From: Octopus sinensis
Lineage: Eukaryota
Direction: 5' to 3'
Assembly: GCF_006345805.1 (NCBI RefSeq)
Contig: NC_043019.1
Span: 24,613,360-24,677,359 of the forward strand
DNA length: 64,000 nt
The notes beneath the pieces are model-generated. The model did not search any database. It saw only the letters and a program-made list of their open reading frames with translations, and was not told where the DNA came from. Below are positions 25,325-38,672 of this stretch, piece after piece. Every line of letters starts with the position of its first letter. Position 1 is the first letter of the stretch. The position numbers and the translations under genes were made by a program.

Positions 25325-25746
25325 AACTTCTTTTCCTCACAAGGCTAGGTTTGGTTCAAAGTTCTGTAAGCATCGAACTCTGACATAATGGCTCCGAACG
25401 AACCTCTTAACCACACAGCCATTGCACCGTGCCAAGCTCTACAGTCTAAATGTCAGTTAATACGTTATTATCCAATTCCTCTTCGCAGTTTGCAATGTTT
25501 TAGTGAACACATACAAATTAGTGGGGAATAAAACGTCCGTGGAATGAATATTAATATTTCGCCCTGTTGTAAGCCACTAAATGACATATCACAGCCACTC
25601 AGAGACTTCATCAGGGCCATAGAGAACATCAAACATCTTCAAATAACAATAACTAGATAAAGATCCAACTATTCACAGTGGTGGCCACTTGAAAAGGCGT
25701 TTTATCTCGTCCATTTTATTTCATACTGCCCTTAATGACACGAGTT

Positions 25747-25784
<38 letters not shown>

Positions 25785-25974
25785 ACACACACACTTGCTC
25801 TCTCTCTCTTTCTCTCTTTCTCTTTCCCTCTCTTCCTCCCTCTCTTTCTTTCGCTTTTATCTTCCTATTATATACACAAACACGCATACATGGAGTTTGT
25901 TATGTTTGTAATTAACTGCACGAACAATACATTTATACATACACACATACATAAATAAAATAACATACCATACA

Positions 25975-26003
25975 TAGTACATACATACATACATATACAT
26001 GAT

Positions 26004-26062
<59 letters not shown>

Positions 26063-26370
26063 ATATATATATCATATATAAATATATATATGTAAATAGC
26101 ATATATATATTAAGATACATATATATATATATAATATATATATATATATACACATACACATAGATACAAGCATAAATGCATACATAAATATGTATATATA
26201 AAATATGATTATATATCATATATATCATATATATACATACATAAATATGTATGATATATGCATAGATATATACATATATATATACATATATATATAAATA
26301 AAATAATATAATATTACATATATATATATATATATATACATATGCATACATATATACATACATATATATA
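25975..26370. repeat. TA-rich compound microsatellite
   Basis: Directly visible. Confidence 0.9.
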
Positions 26371-26582
26371 TATAAATATGTATTTATGCTTGTATGTGTG
26401 TTTGTAAAGGAATAACAATATTCAAAAATGTTTTCGGTGCTATTATAAACGTAAAATTGTAAATGTATAACGCACTCACTACATTAAAGGAGTGAAGGAT
26501 TTGTTTTTGAATTTTGATAGTGACCTATAAGTTACCGCTCCTCTGAGACAGAACTAAATTATCAATATTGATTTTATACACA

Positions 26583-26627
<45 letters not shown>

Positions 26628-26786
26628 TACATACATACATACACACACAATACATACATGCATATACAAATATTATGTGAGATGAGAAGTGACCGAAGTA
26701 GGTGGGGAAGAGGTAAACGTAACTGCAATTCCACCAGTTTCAATAGATGTGACGTTATGCTAAAGTATATGGCATATGGCAGAAGA

Positions 26787-26791
26787 TAGAC

Positions 26792-26857
<66 letters not shown>
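26787..26857. repeat. (GATA)n
   Basis: Directly visible. Confidence 0.97.
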
Positions 26858-26858
<1 letters not shown>

Positions 26859-27612
26859 GGGAGAGAGGAGAGAGGAGAGAGAGAGAAGACAGACAGGCAG
26901 AGAGATATATTTATATATAGTAAGAAAGGGAGGAGAGAGACACGCTCAGAGACGGAGACAGACAGAGATGAACTTGAACGATTTATTATAGCGGGTTGTA
27001 TGAAAGACGTATTTATATTTCAAAAACTGTTTGTCTTGTAACAGACACTACTAAATATAAAGATAAATTTCTCTACGGTGGTCTTCCAGCCGTTTGAAAA
27101 CAATATATATATATTTTTTTTATTTTGTTTAACTGTAAAATAATTTCTGTTTATGGCCCTCATGAAATCCATTACTGACGGGATTAAAAACAACTGATTG
27201 CTAAAATATATATAAAATTTCTTATGTTCTTGTAACCGAATGAAATAATGTATAAAACAAGGGCAATACATTTATTATTCTAATTAGCGAAAACAAGATA
27301 AGATATTTCATAAGAAAGTCATAATTGGATTAATGTGGTTTAGGCGAGGATTAATGTGGTTTAGGAACAAAGCTAATTTGCTATATTTTGTTTTAGATGT
27401 ATTCTAGTTTAAACAGGGGTTGAAATTAAAAACCAAGTAATTAAGTTATATAAACTACATTAGTACAAACGTATTTTGTCTTTATAGAATATTTTATGGA
27501 GGCATACTTCAACGCCAGATATATTTTGTAAAAACAAAACAACGAAAACTAAATTTATGTATGTGTACACACATACCAGCACACACACACACAACACAAT
27601 ATATACATACAT

Positions 27613-27675
<63 letters not shown>

Positions 27676-27732
27676 CTATATATATATAATATGTGTGTGT
27701 GTTATATATATATATATATATATATATACTTA

Positions 27733-27866
27733 TATTTAAAGCAGCAGAAATCAACAAAATTTGTTGAATTTTCTGGTGCTTTAAATAAAGCATATTACTC
27801 TATACCACTGTATTTGAGTACTCTTTTTTCCACCTTGTTTCACATCATGTGTTTACTTACCCCGTT
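27733..27866 (+). mobile_element. (TA)n-embedded fold-back element, same family as 38354-38556
   Basis: Short palindrome centred on 27759, then tail AATAAAGCATATTACTCT..GAGTACT..CACCTTGTTTCACAT nearly identical to 38486-38540. Confidence 0.8.
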
Positions 27867-28258
27867 ATATATATATATATATAATATATATATATATATA
27901 ATAGATACATATATATGATATATAATATATAATATATAATATATATATATATAATATATAATATAATATATATATATATTATATATATATATATATATTA
28001 TATATATATATATAATATATATATATATGCATGGATGTACATATACATACATACACATATATGGTTGTGTATGTGCGTATATGAATAATTTTCATTCTTC
28101 TGTTGTTTAGTGATTCAAAAAGCACTAACGCCTTCCCATAGAAAGACACACAACAAGCCCCCAGTAAATAGTTATATATGCAGACAAATAGGACCATTAA
28201 CTGTCTTAACTGGCATTCTATTACATTTCTATTACAAAGGTTTGATAGCTTTAATTGA

Positions 28259-28260
<2 letters not shown>

Positions 28261-28303
<43 letters not shown>

Positions 28304-28304
28304 C

Positions 28305-28364
<60 letters not shown>

Positions 28365-28412
28365 AATTTCTCTCGCTACTTCTATCTCCGTCTCTTCATC
28401 TCTCTCTCTCTC
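28261..28412. repeat. (TC)n, interrupted
   Basis: Directly visible. Confidence 0.95.
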
Positions 28413-29103
28413 TATCTTTCTTCCATCTAACCCCTTTTCTTTCTCATCCTACAAAATATTTTTGTCTAATCTTACATTGACATTTCATTCATCTTACATT
28501 CCCTGTAATAATGTTCTTTTATGTTTAGAGCCATGCTTATTTTGTTCTGTATACTTTTGTTTAAAACATGCCTTTTTTTTTATATTCGTGTGTATATGGT
28601 ACGGCCGAGACAACCTAGTGGTTACAGCACGTGAATATCTATGAGTCATCAGTTCAATTCTCCGGCAAGTCAACATCTTCCTCAGCTAACAGGGTTCTCA
28701 CCATATTTGGAAATACACACCCACTCCATTTAGTTAGTCAGCAGTCACTCCCTCATCTCCCTTGTTTTTAACCTCACCAGGTCGAAATGACAGCCGTTAT
28801 TGCCCAGAATATTCCACAAGATATTCCAAGGAAACACAGTCTTCTCTGGCTTGACAGGGCTAACAATAATGACGATCAGTAATGCCCGTCCCCTATAACT
28901 TGAGGGTCGGGAGTCCCAGACACATCCACCACCCCTCACCATACTCTCGGGTCTCGTGCTGCAGCCTTACACTCCACTCTGCCAAGTCCTCTCAGTAAGA
29001 ACTCGGTCTAATAATAATATTTTGTTTCCTTTTCTTTTCTTCTGAATAAAAATCCATGTGGATTTGCCGAGGATGATTCTTGAAAACTGACGCATATGGT
29101 GTG

Positions 29104-29146
<43 letters not shown>

Positions 29147-29384
29147 TCATTTCAGTTCTCTTTACATGTGTTTACACACGCATGTATACTTGAGCACGCA
29201 CGCGAGTGCTTGGTGTGTGTGTGTACATGTAGGAGTGTGTGTGTAAGAGTATATGAGAGGGGATGGAGGAGGGGGGACTGTTTCTATTTGAGCCATGGAT
29301 ATATATCTAAAATGCTTTTTGGTTGTCTATAGCGCAATGGTAATAAAGTCTGTTGATTGGAACTAATTAATGACACACTGTTCA

Positions 29385-29880
29385 AGTCAAGTTATTTTGT
29401 TGTTTGACGAAAGAACTGGAAGATTTTTTAGGCCTTAAAGGAATCAATAAAACAGACCAGAATGGCAGAGCCGTTAGAGTGTTGAATAGAATGCATCGTG
29501 TATTTTTTTTGGTTTTTTTACCTACGTATTGCGTTCTGTGTTCGAATCACGCTGATATCAAACTTGCCTTTTACTCTTTCAGGGTCGATAAATCAAAACT
29601 AACCGAGAGCCGTGTATAAGGGAAACTATTAGATTCGGGCGAGATTCTTTGTGATGTCTTTTCAGGTTTTTAAGGTCTGATAGCAACGTTTGTGGCAATC
29701 CTGGTACCAGGCTGTACTGGCCAAGTCGATGGCCTTTTCTTTTGATAAACATCGCTAACGTAGTGAAGGAACACTTCAATACATGGACAACTGCTAGTCT
29801 TCCACGAAAAGCACCCATCTTGCCCTGACTCGAACATTGACTGACAGAGAAGACACAAAATATTTTATATGGTGTGTACA
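29385..29880 (-). pseudogene. Possible decayed Mutator-like (MULE) transposase C-terminal region, interrupted by a SINE B fragment (~29525-29610)
   Basis: Frame-shifted peptides ..GQYSLVPGLPQT.., HDAFYSTL and FIDSFKA recall the MULE motif WNQY..LPRTNNxxEGWHxxF..IWxFIxxLK. Recognised from memory only. Confidence 0.4.
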
Positions 29881-30219
29881 TATTTACAGAAGATTTATTG
29901 TTTTGGTTACGATAAAAATATCTTGTGCGATTATTAACTTCATCATATAATGCATAATTATGATGAAAGTTGAAGGACTTCCTGTTCGGTACCCGAGAAG
30001 GCAATTCTATGTCAGCAGAGCGTCGAGGGTCGCTGGATCGATGGACCGATTAAATTGCTTGGGGTCAGGTGGATCGATACAAGGATGAGATAACGGGCTG
30101 AATGGCCAATGTTACCCGAAAATGAATTGGTGGTAAGCTGTACTTGTAGAGTTTATCTTTGACAGTAACGACCTTTAGTAGTATATCTAGGCTGACAACT
30201 TCTGGTAGTTATCCGATGA

Positions 30220-30345
30220 CCTTGAAAAATGCCACAGGAAAAAATTCCACAAGTTGAAATGCCGCAGTAAAAATGCCAGAGTCAAAATGCTACAGGTTAC
30301 AGAAAAATGCTACAGAAAAAACACGACGGGCAAAAATGTTACTTG
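30220..30345 (+). repeat. Short dispersed AAAATG(C/T)(C/T)AC-type repeats, possible transposon subterminal repeats
   Basis: About six variants of AAAATGCCAC/AAAATGCTAC, with inverted relics (TGGCATTTT, GTAACATTTTT) at ~30555-30595. Confidence 0.5.
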
Positions 30346-31256
30346 CTGAAAAGTGTGCGGTGTGTGATCAACACATGTCAAAAAATGTGCAATGTATTTT
30401 AAGTATTGCCGTTGAACGTGAGTCGCAGAAAATGTCGTTCACGCATTTTGGAGTGGTTAACAAGTGTTCGGTGATAGAGTGATTGTAAAATTGTAATTTC
30501 CTACATCTATTCCAATTCTGGAAAAAAGTTAAAGATGGACTCCATTTTTACCAATGGCATTTTATTACATCACCTTTACCGGTAACATTTTTACAAAGAT
30601 TCTCAGTGATGAAGAGAAAGACATAGACATTAGGTAGCAGTGGCAGATGACCGCGGCGTTGAATTAAAGGAAAAAAGAGACAGGTGGACAAGAACGAGCC
30701 AAAAGAGAAGAGAGGTAGAAGAACATTGAAGGAGAGCTTACCACCGCAGACTCTCTCCGCTCCACCGTGATTTAAACAGACCAACCACGCAGTACTTAAT
30801 TTGATTATTAACCTAAAGAATTATAAAGAAGATATCATGTTTATGAAACCAATTCCGAGGCACTACAAGGATATAACTTTCATATAACGATCATGATAGC
30901 AGTCAACAACAATCGAAAGAATATATGCTCGAGGATTCCATTTCCTGGAAAGTCCAACCGACTAAACTATTTGCCTACGGGTGGATTTGGATGTAGCCGT
31001 TTCAAAATCAACAAGTAAAAACAGGGAGGGTTTGGGGCGTACCCTAACCAGACCCAGCTAAAAAAGACCTCAATCACCTTCATGGGAATCGGTTTCCTAG
31101 TTTGTTTTCCTAGTTTCTTAAAATGATATCGATTGCTAAAGCAGTTAATTATTCTGTGTATTTTATTGATGCCAAATTATTAAGAATAAATAAATGTGTA
31201 TGTGTTAGTGTGCATATTCTATATACATATACATACACACACCACACACATATATA

Positions 31257-31296
<40 letters not shown>

Positions 31297-31336
31297 GATA
31301 TATATATATATATATATATAATATGTATATATATAT

Positions 31337-31493
31337 CGACCTTCTTTCAGTTTCCGTTTACCAAATTCACTCACAGGTCTTGATCAGTCAGAGGCTATAG
31401 TAGAAGAAACCTGTCCAAGGTTCCACGCAGTGGGACTGACCCGGAACTGTGGTTGTGAAGTAAGCTTCTTACCACACAGCCACGTCTACACCT
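31337..31493 (-). mobile_element. SINE family A, 5' half
   Basis: Matches the head of 50873-51300. Confidence 0.85.
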
Positions 31494-31592
31494 ATGTATA
31501 ATATATATGTGTGGTGTGTGTGTGTGTATACATATATATATATATTATATATACATATATATTGTGCATATATATTGTGCATATATATATAT

Positions 31593-31635
<43 letters not shown>

Positions 31636-32636
31636 AAGTAGTAGTAGTAGTAGTAGTAGTTAATGCTGAAGTGGCTATGAAATGTTCCATTGACAGTATT
31701 ATTACTGCAGTTATCATCACATATGTAGTCGCAGTTGTTAGCCAGTGTTACCCCTTATCGCGTCAAAGTATTCGCAGGGTGGCGCTGCTCTCCTTATGCT
31801 CTGTTCCTCATGCTGTTTCCGACGGCAATACTGACAGCAAGGCATCAAAGCATCAAAAGAATCTTTATCAATAAATGCAAAGAATTAGAAAAAAAACTCG
31901 TTTAGTTGGACAGGCGTTCAAACGAACACATTATCACGTATAAATATACACACATGTTCACACACGCACATACATTGATATACACCCGTGTATACATGAG
32001 TATGTGTGTGTACGTGTATGTGATTATGCCTGTATATACCTATATATATATTATATATATATATATAATATATATATATTATCATAAGAGATATATATAT
32101 ATATATATTATCTTAAGATATATATATATGAATGTATGTGCTTTCATATGTATATACAATGTATCTATATATATATATATTAATAATCATATATGAATAT
32201 TTGTATATTTGTAAATATGTATGTACTTCTGAAACTCGAATGGTACGTCAGGATACATTTCAAAGAGGGGAGGAGGTCGAGGAGGTCGCGAAGGGTTGGT
32301 GTGAGGTGTAAAGATGGAAGGAAATAATTGACAAGCAGGGCGCGAAAGAGGAGGTTTTCATGCAACAGTTCTTGTTCACATAGACCCACTGTTCTGTCCA
32401 TCACACATACACACGGATATGATATATGTATATTAGGTGTAACACAACGTATCAGAAAAACCTACTTGACTAACACACTCTCACACACACACACACGTAT
32501 TTATTTGTATTTTCTGTGTGTGTGTGTGTGTGTATGTGTGTGTGCGTGTGTGTGTGTATCTACAAAAGTATATATATATATAAATACAAATATGCATATA
32601 TATATATGTATATATATGCATATATTGATATATATA

Positions 32637-33174
32637 CAGTTGCGGCCAAAATGTTCAGAACGGCATTGTTTTCGTCAGAAAAGTAGGTATAATTTTTTAT
32701 CAAAGTTGTTTTATATTCTATAATTTTCACACACAATAAATACAATATTAATTGTTATTGTCTGAGATTTTGGTGTAATTTGAGAGGATAATACAAAAGT
32801 TATGGATGATTTAATGATTTACTGCAAAACCCATGGCGGCCAAAATGATCAGAACGGTTGAAAAAATAACAAAATAGTCAAAAATGACAGAGAATACTGG
32901 AATTATTTAATATTTAGTGTGAAGCCCTTTAGCTTCAATCACACTTTGACATCTTCGACTGCATGAGGAAATTAAATTTTCAATTTCTTGCTGGGTGATT
33001 TTATTCCATTCTTCCTGAAGGGCATTCATTCCACAATTGCTTGGTTGTTTTAGTACTGAAAATCGAGATCGAGCGAGCTTTTGCCCTTTTGCTCGACGTG
33101 TGGTTTCCGTCCACGCTGAGCTCGCCTTGGGACACCGACGAAAACAATGCCGTTCTGAACATTTTGGGGAGTAG
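32637..33174 (-). mobile_element. Internally deleted Tc1-like element with IR/DR-type end
   Basis: TA|CAGTTGCGGCCAAAATGTTCAGAACGGCATTGTTTTCGTC (32637-32676) is inverted at 33137-33174; inner direct repeat GCGGCCAAAATGATCAGAAC at 32836; transposase C-terminus ALQEEWNKITQQEIENLISSCSRRCQSVIEAKGLHTKY* ends at 32907. Confidence 0.88.
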
Positions 33175-33364
33175 TATGCAGACGACATATCTGGCAGCTG
33201 GTGATCCCCCATGTGATGTCTTCCGCAGAAATGTGACAAGATGCACGCATGGCTGCATGGTGAAGAAGCTTCGTTTCCAACTGCGTGGTTTCGGTTCAGT
33301 CCCTCTACTATAAGCCCAGTCCTTATGAATGAATTTGGAATAGGGAAACTGTGGAAGTCCATTG

Positions 33365-33401
<37 letters not shown>

Positions 33402-34181
33402 GCATGTACGTATGTATGTGTGAGTGTGCGAGTGTATGAATCTGCCAACCCTTCAACTCTTCTTAGCTATCACTTGTTTTTCTAGAAGTTTCCATTTGAT
33501 GTCAGGATCTTTCGGGTTTTAACATCAATGGAGTGGATTTCATCCACAGAAGTATCAACTATTCTAAATGTAGCTATTAGTACTGATACTACAAATGACT
33601 TGTAGGTTATTTTCTTGTAAGAGAATGACAGCCATCTTTTTCTAAATTACCTAATCTTTATTCACAGCACTTTCGTACGATTCGCTTCCATCAATGACCA
33701 GGCATTTACACCTTTCTAAGTGTGGAACAGAAGATATACAGAGATTGTTGATTCACAGGTTCTGGGTTCGGACCATTGATTTTCTATGTTCAACAAATAC
33801 ATTACTTTTGACCGAATTCAATTCATATTTTTGTGCTTTCAGCATTGATCTTCAAGTTACCTACATTGAATTAATAGGTTACATTGGTATTACTAGCAGT
33901 TGCTAACCTAAGTATGAAGCCACTGGATTTTTGTAAAAGAAATTACAGCGGATTTCATGCCAAAATAAAAAGAATGACAGAAAGACTATTGGGGGGGGGG
34001 GGGGAATATTCTCTTAGCAATATTTATAACATCGGAGATGATTATTTCGCAGTCAGATGGAAGAGGGAAAGAAAGAGAGAGAGAGAGACAAACATATATA
34101 TCTGTGCGTATATACATACTAACGCACACACACACACACACACACACATTATATATATATATATATATATATATATTACAT

Positions 34182-34242
<61 letters not shown>

Positions 34243-34302
34243 TATATACGGTTAAGTACACACACACATATATATATATACATATATATATGTACACATA
34301 TA

Positions 34303-34335
<33 letters not shown>

Positions 34336-34359
34336 GTACACACATATATATATATATAT

Positions 34360-34630
34360 ATTTATATATAGAGGGCATTATACATACATGCCAGAAGGCA
34401 TTATACATACATGCCAAACGCTAAGAGGGACAATTAGTCATTTCTACCAAAAATATTACTAATCCCACCGAATGCAATTTTTCAAAGTAAGACATTGTCT
34501 TACTTTGAAAAATTGCATTCGGTGGGATTAGTAATATTTTTGGTAGAAATGACTAATTGTCCCTCTTAGCGTTTGGCATGTATGTATAATGCCTTCTGGC
34601 ATGTATGTATAATGCCCTCTATATATAAAT
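34360..34630. repeat. Perfect 271-bp palindrome (135-bp arms, 1-nt centre at 34495)
   Basis: Checked base by base with no mismatch. Each arm contains a doubled GGCATTATACATACATGCCA. (TA)n to the left; T-rich tail 34631-34756 then (TA)n to the right. Confidence 0.95.
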
Positions 34631-36054
34631 TAATATGTTCAATAAGAAATAATTATTTTCGAAATTTTTTCTCTTATGAGGTTTTTACGCTATCTACCTG
34701 ACAATTTCTTGTTAAGTTTTCCTTATTAAGTAGTTGTCCTTAATTGCTAAATTTTTATATATATATATATATATATTATACACACATATATATTATGTAT
34801 TACATAATAAATGTTATGTATCATGTTTTTTGTTCCAATTATATTTATGCATTTGTTGTAACGAGCGGTGAAAAGGTTACTCAATGCAGGATGTAGAATT
34901 TATTTATATACACTCAATCAGAAAACATGTCGGAGCCACTGTTTTAACGTAAACCATGCCACGACCGTTTGTATTTTTGTATGATAGCGATATCCCTGTG
35001 TCTGATCTTATCATTATAATACAGATATTAATAAAACAAAACTGTCACTGGTAGAGTTTATCAGTGTGACAGAGATGTTATGGAGAAAAACATCATCATA
35101 GACATTAATCCAATCACTTCATTGTTTTGAGCATTATAATCACCCCGGGACTGAAATGAAGATTTAACAAGAATCCCGATTTGGAACTCTTTGTGACTTT
35201 GACCTAAATGAGTGCAATTCATTTTGGCTATTGTCAAAGTTTTGTAAACCTTCTCAAATATTGACATCATCTAACTGAAAGACATATCAAAGATGCCGAC
35301 TATATGGAAACAAATTGAAACCCTCCTACGCCGAATCGTGTCCCTTCAGTTGTTATGGCCAACAGTTTGTCTTGTGCGGTAATAACTGCCAAATTATTTG
35401 ATACCCAGTGTAAATCAATATTGCTTAGGAGACATGTCTGTCATAATGTGATAGATTATGTTTGGTATGACAGAGATGTGACATTATGAATAACATGTCA
35501 CTCGCTGATAGAACACATTAAAATTTTGACAAACATGTCACTTACTAAAGTGTTGTAGTGATGTATCAAACTTCAAAGCTACTAAACAATGCTGCAAATG
35601 TTAAACTTGACTAACATTTGACTATTTCAGCTTTCTATTTAGCGGTTACATCCCTTACAGTTGTAAACAAGGGTAGAAGCCTCCAAACACAGCTAACGTT
35701 ACAACTTTATTTTTTTATCAGCACTACAGTGATTAGCCGGTGTATGACCCAATAATCTGTTCGGTGACCTTACAAAAATTATAGATTTTCTTTTGCTAAA
35801 GAATGTGCTATCTTATGAGTGCATACATAGTGGTATGAGCTAACATCTCATCAGCAACGGACTAAAATGAGACTGTGCTTAAAATATATTTTGCTCTTTG
35901 CGATACGTTTTCAATCCAAACTGCAAAACTTCTAATAAAAAACTGAAAGTCTACTAATAAAAGAAATTCCACGTTTACTTTAGTTATAAGATCACTAGCA
36001 AGCGTTTCATTTTTCACGTTGTTCATAAGACATGTCCATTCTATTCCAACTATA

Positions 36055-36454
36055 TTTTTATATATAAAAGTGAGGTTGTGTGCTGTCTGTCTCCTACGAT
36101 TTAGATTCCTAACTACTCCCACATTTTGCGGTGCAGTTTAACCAAAACCGGGTATCTTATAGCCGTGATTCATATCGAGCCCTTCTGGGTATTAACGCGC
36201 GTCTACGATGAGTCTACGATTTAAAAAAAATTTAACATCAATTTTCCCCATTTTTAATGCATTTTTGGCATATATAAGGGAAGTAACTCTCTAAAAATTT
36301 ATTATTAAATCTCAGAACGTAAAAAGCTACAGTAAACACCCCCCCCACCTTTGTGGTTAGCCATATTGAGATGGCTATTATACTTTACATCTCTAAAAAT
36401 GCTTATATAGTTATTTCCCTTACAAACCCGAGCAACGCCGGGCGATACTGCTAG
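36055..36454 (+). mobile_element. Non-autonomous Helitron
   Basis: 5' TATATATAAAAGTGAG-type start (exact TC start decayed); 3' hairpin CCCG-A-GC-AAC-GC-CGGG (36427-36442), then 8 nt, then CTAG|T at 36451-36455. Confidence 0.8.
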
Positions 36455-38273
36455 TTGTACATAAAAGCTACGGCTAAGGAATATTTCTCTTTGATAATAG
36501 ATTTATGTTTATGCAAGGTGATTGCGAAACACAAATTTATGCTTTTAAGAATCGCAGATCAATGATATTGCAAACACAGAGAAAAGCTTCCCATATTGCG
36601 AAGAACTTTTTAATTCTCCCGTTCTTTCTTTTTCTTTTAAGATAATTTTTTAAAAAATCAGTTTTCCTTGTCTTTTAATCATAAAATAGCAAAGATCTAT
36701 AACTTACATCTATAGCTTCCTGGGATAGAATTAAGAAAATTTTTGAGTAAGGTGTAGCCAATGTTTCGACACCTCAGTCGTTTAATAACAAAGATATGAT
36801 ATATTGAGATATGTCATTCCAACACAACTGATTGAAGTCTTTTTCTTGTAAATGTAAAAGATATTTTCTTTGAGAAACGGAAAGTATGTTTACTCTTAAA
36901 TTTTAACGCGGTCACTAATAATTAGTCTTTACAAAAAGTCCCATAAAAATCTTCTTCTTTTTCTTCCTCTTTTTTCTTTTGTTTTTACTTTCTTGTATAC
37001 TTTTGTTAATTTTTTCTTATTTTTATTATTTTCCTCTTTTTTCCTCATATCTTTCTTTTATTCAGCTTTCTTTTCCCTTTCTTTTTTTTACTCCTACCTT
37101 CTTCCTTTGTTCCCCCCTTCTTTTTTATTTCCCTTCTTTCCATTTTACTGCTTTTTAATTTTACTCTTCTTTGGATTTCCGTCCCTAGAACCACGACCAC
37201 ATCCACCACCTCCACCACCACCATTTCTTTCATCTTCACTTTGTTTCTGGCCTTCCTTTTCTCTTTCTTCCTATACTTCCTCACATCCTCCATATACAGT
37301 TCCACCCAATACATATAACCCAACACTAATAGCTAAATTAATCAGAATTCATGTCTTTGAACACTTGTTACCGATATGAAATTACATTAAGGCTTTCCTT
37401 ACAACTTACAAAGTAAAATTTAGATTTTGAATTACCAAAATTCTCAAATACAAGCAATTCTATTGATTCAATTTATGGGTTTTATTTATTAGAAGATTGA
37501 AGTTAGATATAGAAGCTGAAACTTGAAATTTTATGGTAAGCAAAATTTCGTTGGCACTAAACATGTCTTAATCTTAAGCCTTAAAGCAATCATCTTAAAG
37601 TTAATTGTTAATCAACATTTCCGAACAATTGAAAATGTCTCATGACTATAAATGTTCAAATCAGGGTTTATGCAACATGAAGACAAATCTTATACAATAC
37701 ACTGATCATTTGTCTTGCATAATACTGTTTTATACCGTATTCTGTTGTTTATAACACTACTACTTACACATTATATTGCTCTTTATACCACACATTTGTC
37801 GATTTACTGTCTGATAGCCGGCTCCTGTTGGTGAGGACAACGTAATTTCTGTTATTCTCAGAGTTGCGAACAGTTGTACTCTAGAAATAATAGTTCTTGA
37901 GGCTTGCTGTCTAATATTGATATTTCGTCTTGTGATCATTCTGCACTTACGCATCCTCTTCAAGGGAAATATGCGGCCTCAAATGGGGTTTCCTTTAATG
38001 TATCACCTGGCTATTCTGCCCTGCTTCATAAGTCTGATTGCTTCTCTTTCTGCATTTACAATGAGATACAGCTCGAAGCTTGTTGGTGATCTTTGGAGGT
38101 CATGATGACTTGCATATTTAGTCAAGTCCCACCCAAACACATATTGCTGCGTGTCACCACCACACTCACCACTTTCCTGTCCTCTGTAGCAAAGGGGACG
38201 AAGATCTAAGGGCCAAAATCCGAACAAATCTCCCTGACTGTGACCTCTATATTTCGTCTCTCTCTCTCTCTCT

Positions 38274-38346
<73 letters not shown>

Positions 38347-38353
38347 TTATATA

Positions 38354-38556
38354 CTTTATTTAAAGCAGCAGAAAATTCAACAAAACCTGTTACTCTGAGT
38401 TTCACGTTGCCGTTCATCGGACTGTCCGATGAACGGCAACGTGAAACTCAGAGTAACAAGTTTTGTTGAATTTTCTGCTGCTTTAAATAAAGCATATTAC
38501 TCTACCACTGGTATTTGAGTACTTTTTTTCCACCTTGTTTCACATTTATGTGTTTG
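38354..38556 (+). mobile_element. (TA)n-embedded fold-back Penelope-like element
   Basis: Palindrome 38354-38492 (69-bp arms, centre 38423, one mismatch) plus 3' tail to 38556. Confidence 0.8.
38423..38458 (+). ncRNA. Minimal type I hammerhead-like motif with U4C core variant
   Basis: TGT | CCGATGA | ACG GCAA CGT | GAA | ACTCAGAGT | A | ACA: GNRA-capped stem II, near-palindromic stem III, GUA triplet at 38453-38455. Confidence 0.65.
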
Positions 38557-38564
38557 CTCCGGTG

Positions 38565-38672
<108 letters not shown>

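Noticed and set aside
34371-34430. Hammerhead-like GAAGGCAT..ATGCC-AAACGC-TAAGAGGG in the perfect palindrome
   Set aside because: It lacks CUGA, needs two inserted bases, and would face the opposite way to the motifs at the other loci.
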